From the NCBI GenBank assembly GCA_013239625.1, contig MU054925.1, forward strand, positions 1,806,829-1,870,828: a stretch of 64,000 bases of DNA. Reading direction: 5' to 3'. Each line of letters opens with the position of its first letter. Position 1 is the stretch's first letter. Below the pieces are notes generated by a model. The model worked only from the letters and a program-made list of their open reading frames with translations, had not been told where the DNA came from and made no database searches. Source of the stretch: Lama guanicoe. Lineage: Eukaryota. This document shows, one piece after another, positions 10,408 through 23,000 of the stretch. The position numbers and the translations under genes were made by a program.

Positions 10408-13400
10408 AATGGGGCGGGACCCCGCTCACCGACCAATCGAACTGCAGGAGGAGGAGCAGAGAGGTTGAGGAGGACCAATTACAGCGCTTGGACCCGAGGC
10501 TGACGTGACTATGTGGGGTTGAGCCTGACCTAGAGACCACTAGGGAATGACCGAGTAGAAGGCCAGGGAGGGGCCGGTGTTCTACAGACCCAAGTCCAGA
10601 TTTTCTTCGGGCATTCCCCTTCCTTGGGGACAGGACCTCTTATCTCTGAAGAAGTGGTGACAGCAGGAGGGCGGGGTCACGGGCTCGTCTCCTTCAAGGC
10701 GGTTTGGTGTGCAGGCGCCCCCTGTGGGCTGCACCTGGACTCTGTGTGTGGGTCGCATGGGATATGGTTTGAAGAGGGACATTGGGAGATGGAAAAGGTG
10801 TGGAAGGAGTACTCAGAACCGAGCAGGTCCACGGGGGTCAATCCTGACATCACCACAGCCAAAAGGATCCAGGCAAGAACGTTTTCTCTGAGACCTGGGG
10901 GAGAAGTCACCATAGCAACATTTGCACCAAGCAGGGCCATTCAGTCTCGACCCTAAGCTGGCCTCTGGCAGGCCCTCCAGTCAGGGAAGAAATGACTACT
11001 GACTTCGGGAGGCAGGCAAGGATAGTGAGCCCCCAGCTCCGCCCACTGGACAGTCTACATGTGTCTCTAGATTGGTGGGCCTCCTAAAAGTGTGGGAGAC
11101 CTGGAGCTCCAAACACCCAGAAACTGTAGGATGATAAGGTAGAGAGAAGGAGCAGTGACACCCCCTCCCATCTACATGGAGCATTTGCTACACTTTATCC
11201 TTAACAGCTGGTATTGTCCCCATTATGTAGACAAGACTGAGCCCTGGGGAACAAAAGTCAGAAGCCCATGCTCCTACCCGCAATCCTCTCCACCTTTTCT
11301 CAGTTCACTGGACTCCCCAGGAAGCATCTTGAAAGACTATAAGGACTACGTACACCTTCTCCAAGCCCTTAGGCCAGAAAGAGAGGGAGAGAATTGGGGA
11401 AGTGACAGGGTCTGCTCCCCACTCCCCACTGTCCAATGTGTATCCTCATGTTCCCAGGGAAGAGGGTAAGATTCAGATCTCCTGCCAGGGATGACAGACT
11501 GCTGGCAGTGTCCAGAGGCCTGGATGGTAGTGTCCAGGCTTTCCCCAGGGCAGACAGGGCTGAGCTTGCCCTGCCTGGGAGGAGATGAAAAACAGAGGGA
11601 TCCAAAAGCAAAGCCCTGTGAAACAGGACAAAATGACAAAATAATTGGTTCAAATGAGAAGTGACTTCAGGGGATCCACTTCTCCGTAAATTTCCTAAAG
11701 AGAAGTTGAGCTTCAGTGTAGCCCCACCAAAATAGGCTAGAAGCTCCTTTAATGGGATGCTGATGGGTGTGGAACCCTCGTTACTCACTTTGACGGCTGA
11801 GGCACCTGGAGATCCCAGCCTGGGGCTCCTGTGTAAGATGCTATCTCTTTAGTAGGAACTGCCTACTGCCCTGCATTACTGTGAAGGCAAAGGGCCTTTG
11901 CAGTTGCCAAGCAACAGAGCTGGGATTTGAACCTAGTTCTCTGTGGGGACCAATCCCAAGCTCTCTACCCTAAGGCTGTACCGCTTCCTTCTCACTCTAC
12001 TTTACTGAACACTTACTATGTGCCAGGTGCGCTCAGCAATTTCCAGCCCATTTTATTTTCTTACTACTACATATTGCCCCCTCTTAATAGGTGATGAAAC
12101 TGAGGGAGAGAGAGGTTACAATATATCCTAGATCACTCAGGCCCCGTCCTTCCCCACACTTCCTCTTCTTGTGACATGCCAGCTTCTAGGCATCCTTCGG
12201 GATCCAACTTTCAGGTCCTCAGTGAAGCCTCCCTGTCTCCTGGCCAGTCAATGGCCAAGCACCAAGGATGTCCCCTTGAAAGCCCCCTACAGAAGTCAGT
12301 GATTATGCAGTACTTTGTGTAAACTAAAGGGCCCCAAGGGTTTTGCCCTCCAACCGTCCTTTGTGAATTTGACAGTATAATGCACCTTTCAGGCATGCTA
12401 GGGACAGTGATATGCCTCTGTTTTGCCCCAGGTGCCTGCTTGCCCTAGGTGTTGTGAGTCCCTGGAACCATCTAATTAGCACCTCTCGCCCTGATTGCTG
12501 GGCCAACACTGACACCCAGTGGCAATTCCTCTCCTAGTTTCTTGTGTCAAATCGCCTTAGATTCTCCCTTGCAGAAAAACCCCTGCCTTGCACCCCAGGA
12601 ACTGGCCTTGCTGCAGAATCTCTCTGCCCCTCCCCACTCAGAACAGTCAGAAGATGGGACACGAGAATACACGGGAGTTCCTTCCTCAAGGTCTGGCTCA
12701 TTTGTCTCTATACTCTCACATGTGCAGCCTCTCTTCTCAAAGAACAGTTTGTGTGTGTTGGGGGAGGGAGGGTTCAGCTGCCCCCCTCCCATGCTGTTCA
12801 GGCACTTACTGGACCCCTTGGTCATTGTAAGCTACTCCAAAGGCCTCAGCCCCCATCCCCATAGATGTGCAGCTATCATGGAGGGCTGTGTGGCAGAATC
12901 TGCCACCATGAACCCACCCCTGCCCTGGCCCAGCCATCTCAAATACTAAATCCTCCCATCAGTGGGCAGGTGGCAGATACTTGCTGGAAACATGAGCAGT
13001 GAGGGGAAACCATGCATTCTGACTCACCTGGGTTAATCGGTCAGTTGCAAAACAGGTGTCCATGATGAAGCCATGTGGGGAACGTGTGTAAGCATTGGTA
13101 CCGGTATGGACACCGCAAGGGGACAGACATCACCATTGCGTACTTTTTACCTTTCTGTATGTTTTTTATTTATTATATAACAAGCAAGTTTTACTTATGC
13201 AATTAAAATTTTTAATAAAAAGAGACCAGTTTGAAAACTACAAGTATAAAAATTTTAGAACAATTGTAATCTAACTCTATTTTTAGAAAATAAGATATCT
13301 CAGAGACCATGGCATGCAGAGAAGTCCTTGTCTGTGACAAGGAGCCTGCCTCCACCCTCAACTCCCTAGCCTGCTGCTTATGAGTTGAGACCTGCTTGTC

Positions 13401-13584
13401 CAGAATGAACCATTGCTCAGCTTTGGGTTCATCTGGCTCAAACCAGCCACCCGCATAGAAGAAGGAGGATCCTTTTCTAGTCTCCAAGCAATGAAAACAT
13501 CTGGATCACAGGCTTTCTTCAAGGCTCTGGGATCTTGGATCAGATTCTTAGGTGAGGCTCAAGGACAGAAGTCCTGGTCCAGCT

Positions 13585-13705
13585 AGGCATGAATGTGTGT
13601 GTGTTGTGTGCATGCCTGTGTATCTCTATGTGCATGTGTGCACACACGTAAATGTGTGATTGTGCATATGTGAACACGTGTGAGAATATGTACATATGGA
13701 TGTGG
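13585..13705. repeat. Degenerate (TG/CA) purine-pyrimidine tract
   Basis: Alternating TGTG/CATG/CACA runs over about 120 bp. Confidence 0.7.
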
Positions 13706-14574
13706 GAGGGGGCAGAGGGGCACAGGAGAGGAGGGCATAATTTGAGGGTGAGAGCTGGGCCCTGGAGTTGTTCTTTGGGGGTTGGGATGGCGGCTCTGCC
13801 ATGACAGCTACTGACCTCAGGCAGGTTTCTTGACCTCTCAAGACTTGTCTGTCTTATGTGTCTGTGTTGCAGGCTGTGTGGGATTGGTACTGCCCTCTTC
13901 TCCAGTCCTAGTGAGGTCATGGGGTGCCAGATAGAGGACTTCCCCAGTGTCTGGTCCAAAAGAATGGTTCAGTACACCTAGTTGAGGCTATCTTCAGGGC
14001 CTCTGCTTTTCTGAACCCTACTAGCTTGAAGGTCTCCTTAAGGAGACAGGGCAGACCCTCAACACACCCTCATCCAGCTCAATCACTGTACAGAGAGGGT
14101 GCCCTTTCTCCTGGAGCTGCTGCACTGAAGAGCTTGGATAAGGCATCAGTGTGCATCCACATGTGTGTGTATGTGTGTTGGGGGTGCATAGGACAGAGAG
14201 CTTGCGGGGCCCCAATCCCAGAGCCAGAAGATACCTTTGAATACTTAAGTATATACATAGACAACCCATGGTTGGGAGAGGTCGCGTTCCTGCAGTCCCG
14301 TTAATGGTCGGTAGATGGCAGCAGAGGACCGTGCAGGGATCCTGCCCCACCTCGCACCTTCCCAGTCCCAAGCCCGACATCTCGTTTGGGATTGGGGGCG
14401 GGGTGTGAGAAGGATGTACGGGAGTAGTGCAGATTTGTCCAAGGAGACAGCCACACACCCCGCGGCTCTAGACAAGTTGTTTCCTCTCAGGGGTCCTCAG
14501 TTTTCTCATCTGTGAAATAAGAGTTAACAGCCTGTGATAGGAAAACCAGTTTATTTATGTAAGGTAATCTAAGA

Positions 14575-14780
14575 TGGGCTCAGAGTAGAGGCCTAAATGT
14601 GGAAGGGAAAACCATTTAGCTAATAAAGAATATCTGCCACTGGAGTGGAAGGAGGGGACTTTTTAAACACACCAAAAGCTCAAACCATAAGGTGAAAAGT
14701 TGATGGATCTGACCAAATGGGAATTTAGAATTTTGGTCCAAGGACGCTGTATTCCCAACAGAATATGAGCAAGAGATGCA
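14575..14780 (+). mobile_element. Old L1 ORF2 fragment
   Basis: GGCCTAAATGTG..AAACACACCAAAAGCTCAAACCATAA..AAAAGTTGAT resembles the L1 ORF2 3' region. Confidence 0.5.
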
Positions 14781-15054
14781 CAGAAAGGGAGAGATGCCAG
14801 TGCTAGAGAGACGCCCAGAGCCACCAGGAACCAGAGAGACGAGAATCACAAAATTCCATTTCACTTGGCACGTTGGCAAAAATTTAGACTTTAGGTACTC
14901 TGGCGATCGGTCACTATTAAGGAAGTCAGAAGACTTACAAGTTACTTTGGAGGGTTTCCTAGCAGCGTGCAGAGAAAACAACCGACTCAAGAGGCTACCT
15001 GAATCTCCAACAGAAACAAGACGTCTGTGCTTTCACTTCCCTAGTGGTTGGTAA

Positions 15055-16146
<1,092 letters not shown>

Positions 16147-19100
16147 TAGAGACGGGGAAACTGAGGCTTAGCCTAGCTAAGCCCATGGTGTCCCAGGGAG
16201 CAGGGGGTGGAGTCAGTATGAGTAGAGCCTGCTGCACCCGGAAGTAGGGAAAGAGTGGCTCCTGATTCTGGGTTTCTGGCTGGGCTTATGTTTTTGGGCC
16301 CAAGGAGGACCTTCACTCAGCTTGGCTGTTCCTTCCATGAAAAGCTCTTCTGACTGAAATGGGTTTGAGTTTCTTTCTGCCTGTGACGGAGTCCCCATGA
16401 AAGCTTGAGGTGGGGCTACATTCTCCTGTGGCCCCTGCCTGCCTGGCTGCAGTGGTGGGAGCCTCTTAGGGCTGGCTGGTGGGCAAGGCTGATGCCCATC
16501 ACACCTGTGGGCAGGAAGGTGCTGATGGGCTCTAGCTGAGTCACCAGACCCGTGTTGAAAGGGGCCGGCCCTGTTTCAAGTCTGACCCACCCTGTTTCCT
16601 GGACAGAGGGCGGGCCAGCCATCTAGCCACGTCATGCCACTGTAGGCCTGGCTAAGACCTCACTGATACAGGTGGAATCCAGGCAGTCCTGGGGGTGGCT
16701 GATCTAGCCACATAGTTCTGGGCCCAGGACCCTGCCCCATACCCAGAATCCCTTGAATCTGTCATCACTGGAAACTTTACTTAATTGCAGTTTGTGCCAG
16801 TGGCCACTTGGGTGGGTAGAGCATGGCAAGGAGAGTGGCTCCTGGAGGTTAGACTACAGCAAGGATCTTCTTATTTTATAGTCATTGCAATCATGAGCCT
16901 GAGCACAGAGTCCTGCAGATGTAGCTCTAATCTTTGGCCTGTATTTGCCAGCTCCATGACCTTGGACTAGCTCTTTGGACTCTTGAAATCAGGTTTCTGC
17001 CTCTCTGCAAGAGTTGATAAGATAAGGAGTTGATGTGAGCTTGGGATGAAATGATGCATGTAGAGTAATTGGTAAAGAGACTGGAGCAGCTCTGGAGAGG
17101 CTACAGGACTTATTTAGCATGCAGGGTTTGCAAGTGTCTGAGCAGGGGCCTGGGCCTAACTCTCTGTCTTCCCCAGTGGCACTAGGACTAATAGTCGTCT
17201 CCCCATGGTGATCTTGGAAGGGATCATGAGAATGGGTCTTGAGGATGCTCAGGGCTGGGCCAGTGGGGCTAGGTCTCAGGCACAGCTTCTTGGCTTACTA
17301 ACTCAGCAGTGGAGTGGGGTTAGGGGGCCCTTTTGGAGCCCCAGGCAGGGGATTCTCTGAGTCCTTCAGTGAAAAGGTGGCTCTTCTGAGGGGAGATGGG
17401 GGTAATGGGGTGAGAAGTGAGAATCTCCACCCTTTTCCTCAGCACTGTCTTAGTCCTTTCAGCCCTGCTAGGGTCAGGGGGCAGTCTGGGTAGACAAGAG
17501 TTTGACTGAGGCCAGAGTACCTCTTAATACTGAGGCTTTGGCCCTGTGAGCCAGGACTGAGCTCTGACCAGCCCCTGTGGTACTCCAGATGCTGTGAGGG
17601 AGGAATGGAGAGTGTGAGTGGCTAGAGATCATGGGCCCAGGCAGCGCTGGCTTTAAGCAGGACTGGGTCTAGGCCCTTCCCCATAGGTGCTGTGCCTAAC
17701 AAGTAACTTGGGGGAACTTGTGACTGCAACAACTTCCAAGGCATCTCCTCTTGAATCTAGGGCCTCAGTGCTCTCTGTTCTGGGCTGAGAACTGGGACAG
17801 GCTTACAGTACCCCTTAAGGCTTCAGGGGTGAGTGTGACTAGGGCTACTGGCTTGAGACCTTCAGGACCTGACCCTAGGTTGGCCCTCCAGGGGGACATG
17901 GATTAGATGTGGACCCCACCCCAGCACCTTCCTGTTCTTGCCAACTCCCACCCTCTCCAGTGACCAAGCCTAAAAGTCTGTACCCTACTGGGCAGGTTCA
18001 CTCCATCTTTCAAGATGGGACAAACACAGCCTGAAGCACATTGTACCTATACTGTGAGTGATGGCTCTGCTTTGAGGAGGGAGGGGACACCTTTCTGCTT
18101 ATAGCCTCTGCTCCCTACCCAGGAGGCCCAGGACAGGGGGACCTCAGCACATGGGCAGGCCTGGGCCCCAGGAGCTCAGCCAGCCTGTGGATGGGTCTCA
18201 GCCTTCTCTCTGCCTCTACCTAGCCCCTTCTCCAGTTGCTCCAGGTCAGCCTAGGTAGAGGCCCTGGGCTCTGTGTCTCTCAGCTTCCCCAGACCATCCC
18301 AGGTTCCCAGGCTGGCCTGTCCTTGTCCTGTAGCCTGGATTTGTCTAGCCCACTCCTTCCTGGTGGTCCAGGTCTAGCATCTTGATCGCTCTCTATGCCC
18401 ATCCTCCTGGTCCTGTTGCTCAAGGTGGAAGATAGTGCTTAGTATGAAGCCTGAAACAGAGCAGGCGCTCATAAAGCAGGAAGAGCTGTGGTCGCTGTCC
18501 CTGTAGCTGTTGCTGCTCTTTGGGGGCCCTAGAGAAGTAGACTTCTCCTTCTTGGGGAGCTGGGCCTCTTCCCCTTTCCCTCAGCCCCTGATCACTGGCT
18601 TGGTCTATCTTGGCCTCATTCACACTCAGCGGCTCCTTCCCAAGGCCAGTTTCCGCCACCAGTGCTGTCAGTCCACTCTCCATTCCACCCTTAGCACTTG
18701 CTGCTGTCCCTTTGGCAGGAACTGGAGGTCTGCTTGCCAAGTATCCAGGGCAGGGGACTGCCTCCTACTGACCTCTTGCTTGTGACCCCTTCCAGTCCTA
18801 ACTGGTTAATTGACACCCCTTAGCTTCACTCCTAACTGGACACAGGTCTGCCCATCTGTCCCCCATCAGTCACCCCATCATAGCTGAGACCCAGCCCCTC
18901 AATCCTTATCCCATATATGAAAATTGGGACCTGAAGTTAGTGGTCGGAAGTCACATGGCTTGACTGGGAGGGCGGATTATAGCAGAGGCCAGAATCCTCT
19001 TCCCTCCTGACTTCCTGCCAAGCCCACTTGTGGTCCTCAGCCTCTTGGCAGGCAGAAGTGACTTAGATAAATAAAAACAATAAAAGAGGGGTTCTGCACA

Positions 19101-19864
19101 TGGAGGAGAGATGGAGTCTTCTTTCTGCCCCTGCTCTCTGGGCTCTGGGTCCACTGGAGCCTGTTGGAGGCCCCCAGGGCTCCCAGTGCCCTCCTCTTAC
19201 TGTCTTTGTGGAGTGGAGTGGTGGGGTGCCAGATCCCCATGCTCAGGAAATCCCTGCATTGCTCCACAGGTGGGGCTGGCCTGTTGGAGCTGGTGCTGTA
19301 GAGCTGGATTTGAGGCTGGGTGGGGCTGCCAGGACAGCCAGGTACTTTCATCTGGCAGCTGCCACTCCTTCACCTGCCATCTCCAGACCGGTCAGATCAG
19401 CCTCTGCGGGGCCTCTTGTTTACTGAGTCAACAAATCAGGAAGCATGTGAAGGGCTGGCAGCCCTGTACAGTGGGGTCTGGAGTCTGCAGTAGTGGTTTC
19501 ACTGCAACTGAGCATCTCCGCAGGCTGCCCATCTCCTGGAAGGAAAGGCTCTGAGGAGGTCAAGCACTACCACACTCAAGTGGAGCCTTTGGAACTGCCA
19601 GGAGTAGGCCATTTGCTTTTTAAATGAACATCCTAAGGAGGGCATCAAACCCTATGAAATGCCAATAGTGGGTTTTCCACGGAGGTGGGTTGTTTTGAGA
19701 TGCTTCACACCCTGCCCAGCCGGCCTTGGTCACAGCTTCTAAAGCTGTGGCTACTGTTGGGATTCCCTCTGCTGGGACTCCCAGAACCTTCTTCCCTTTC
19801 CACCCAGGAAGTGACGCCATCTGTCCAGGTGTCAGGCCTTGGGGTTGTGGATTCTAATATTCTT

Positions 19865-20075
19865 GTAAATAGCTAACAGTTTTCCAGAGTGTTCTGTCTG
19901 GCTGACCCTGTTCTCAGTGTGCAATACGTGTTATCTTACCTAACTTGTTATTCCCATTTTATGGTTGAAGACACTGATACTCATAAAGGTAAATGCTTTG
20001 CCCAAGGTGGACAGCTGGTGAGTGGCAGGGCTGGGAGCCTTGGCAGTTTGATGACAGAGTCTTAGCACCTTAGTC
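19865..20075 (-). mobile_element. MIR SINE
   Basis: ATTCCCATTTTA..ACTGA..AGGTAAATG.TTGCCCAAGGT..ACAGCTGGTGAGTGGCAG core. Confidence 0.65.
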
Positions 20076-23000
20076 ATCTCATGCCTCGTGCAAGTCTGTG
20101 GGGACATGGGAGGGTCTCTGAGACTTGGCCCCTGGAATGATGCTGGCAATGTCCTCCATGGTTCCCCTGGGTCCTAAGTGATGCTGCTGGTATTTGTCTG
20201 TACCTGCCTAGCTCCCTCCCTGTACAGGACTCTATGCCTGTAAGTGGTGGTGGTCATGCAAGGCCAGTGCATGAGGACCATGATGGCCGTGGGACTGCAC
20301 CAGAAAGGTTGTGTGGTTCATCCCAGGTCTTCTGAATTTCAGGCAAGCGCAGCCTAGCAGAGTCCAGGGTGCCACAGGCAGGAAGTCAGGTTGGTGAGTG
20401 GGGGAGAGAAAACTGTCAGGACCGGGCCAGCCAGGGGCAGTTTCCTGGAAGACATTGCCAGCTTTAATGCAGGCCTCTGGTCTGAGAAGGATGTGGATGA
20501 CAGAGGAGGACCCAGGGTGTGACGACATGTCTGGCTTGGACAGCTCAGCGCCTGCTGTGCAGTACCGCTTCCCCACTCCTGAGTCTTGTGTCCTGGTCGG
20601 ATATGGCTCATCTCGGCAGGGCTGGGGTCCAGGCCCTGACAAACTCTGGGGAGCTGTGGAGGGACCAAAGTGCTCTGCGGAAGAAGAGGCATTTACATAG
20701 GGCTTGAAGGATGGAGAGAAAAGGCCAGAGTTGACTCTCACTCTCCATCTGCCCACAACTCAGATTCATAGGTTGTCCACTAGAGGCCTCTCTCTTTGGT
20801 GACCTTCCCCACTAGGTGGGCAAAAATCTTCCCTCCTTCTCCTAGAGCTTTTTTTTCTAGCATCACCAGGACCACCCTTGTGGACCAGTGTTGCCAGGGG
20901 TTTTGTAGGGGCTTCTGGGTCACCTGGGCTGTTGTTCAGTTCAGGGCCTGGTCTCTATGACAACAGAGGTCTGTTATGTCTCTGCTGAGGTTTGCACTTG
21001 GGGAAGCTGTTTCCTACTTTGATCCCTTGTCTTCCTCTCCCAGGACCTCCTTGACACATCATCATAGGAGACCCCTGTGAGGGGGCAGCAGGTGGAGCAT
21101 CTGGCTCTGTAGCCCCCCCAGCCTCCTTTCCTGGCAACGGGCTGCCATGTGTCCCAAGGTGATGGCCACCAGGCAAGAGCTGGGGACAGTGGTCATCCCT
21201 AGGTGAGGGCGTCTTCGCAGCACACCTGTATTGTAAAAGTGTTCACCAGGTCCCACCCGGATAGGTGAGTCTGCTGCTCTCAGGGCAGGGGGATCATGGC
21301 TCCAATGGACTCCCACAGGCTCCCATGTTTTCCGAGGAGAACTTCGGTTCTGCTGCCCTTTGTCCCACCTGTTCGAGGTCTCGTGTGGCTCCACATGAGA
21401 GGCCGCCTGGTGTTGAGAGAGGAACAGGGCTCTGTGCTTAAAGTCCTTCCTGCTACTTTCTCCCCAAGTGACCTTGGAAAAAGGCAGTTTTGGAATTTTT
21501 TGCAAAACCACCATCATTTTGGTGCAGTTGAACCCTGGATTTGAATGTGTGGTGGGGAACGGGATGCGGTCTGAGTAGCTAACTCTCCCTGGGCTCCTGC
21601 TATGAGACTGCCCAGGCCCACAGACACTGTCAGAGAGCAGAGATCTCATCTGGGGCGGCCTGGGTACAGTTTTTGGTGGCGCTTTATTGGCCTTCATGAG
21701 GTCTCACTTGGGCTTACCCTGCACCTGGGGAAGCCAGCCCCTTGCACGGTTGGAAAGAATGATGTGAAAGAAACCCCTCCCCACCTCTGCCCTTTTGGAA
21801 CTAAGTGGATTAGGCCCTGTGTCATTGTGATGAGCACCCTGCTGTGTGGGAACCGTGGGGGCCCGTTTAGAGCAGGAGCACCAGGCGGGCCTTTTTGAGG
21901 ATGAGGAGCCTCAGGAGGCCTTTTCAGCACTGGATGGACCAGGGATGCTGAGAAGATTGATTTTGCTTTTTTTGCAGGTTTGATATTAGGTTTACCTTTT
22001 TCTTTAGACCAGGGCTTTGTCCTTGCTACTTTCTCTTTGTGCTGCTTTCCCTCTTTCTGTCTTCTCTGCCTCCCTGTCCCTCTCCTTGCCCATCTCTGTT
22101 TCTTCTGCTGTTGCTCAGTCCCTCCTCTCTCGGGCTGCCACCTTCTATCTGTCTCATGGGTTCGGGCCTGGCTTGCCTCTTCTCCGCAGCCTGCGGGCTG
22201 AGGGCAGGCGGAGGACAGATGGGGGCTGGTCAGGTGCTCGGGACTCATCCTACTCATCCTAGTCACCCTGAAAGCCTGCCCCACCCCCCAGTATCTGGTA
22301 GGGGTAGGACAAGAAGGAGGCCGCTCACAGTGTTTCCTCCGCTCCTAGCCTTGACCGAGTGCTGTCCGCATTGGCAGCTGGAGCATTGGAGTCAGGGGCA
22401 TTTGGGCCAAGCTTGTAACCTGAGGCTGTTCCCTGTGGAGTCTGGGAAGTCAGCCTTGGCTGTGGCTTCTGCTAGTGGGTCTCCTTTTATGGTTCATTGG
22501 TCTGAGACTTGCTGGGGACAATGGTGCAAGACCAGGAGCACTGTGACGCCCAAGGATTGCTGGATGAGGTCGGGGAGAGAAAGGGCCACAGTCTCCCAGC
22601 CAACTGAGAGAGCCTATGGAGGGGATGGGGGGGCTTGAGGTGCGAGGCGGAATGTGCCTCTGTTTTAGGTTCGGAACTGCGCTGCCCTGTGCTAGCTGGG
22701 ATGAGCACCCCAGAGCTGCTGGCTCTCTAGCCTGCACCCTGAACTTGACCCCACCCCACCCCTTAAGTGATGATCAGAGTCTATTTTCAGGAGCATGAAA
22801 GGCCAGGGCCTTGACCTGCCACAGTCATCACCCCATTCCTAAGGGTTCAGCCTCCAGGGGACTCAGCTTGTTCCATAGCTGTTCCCGCAACATAAACAAA
22901 CCCCCTTATCAGGATGTGGCAGTGGGACTGGCAGGTGGTCTTCATGCCCTCTGACAGGCAGCAGCATGGGGCGGGGGGATAAAAGCACCCACTTATCCCT

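Larger units (their letters stand above)
9750..10520. promoter_or_regulatory. CISH promoter CpG island
   Basis: CpG-dense and GC-rich across exon 1. GC boxes at 10215-10228, CCAAT at 10433 and 10475. Confidence 0.85.

Noticed and set aside
21062-22638. 196-211 aa ORFs in MAPKAPK3 intron 2
   Set aside because: No recognisable domain, and biased composition from pyrimidine-rich low-complexity DNA.
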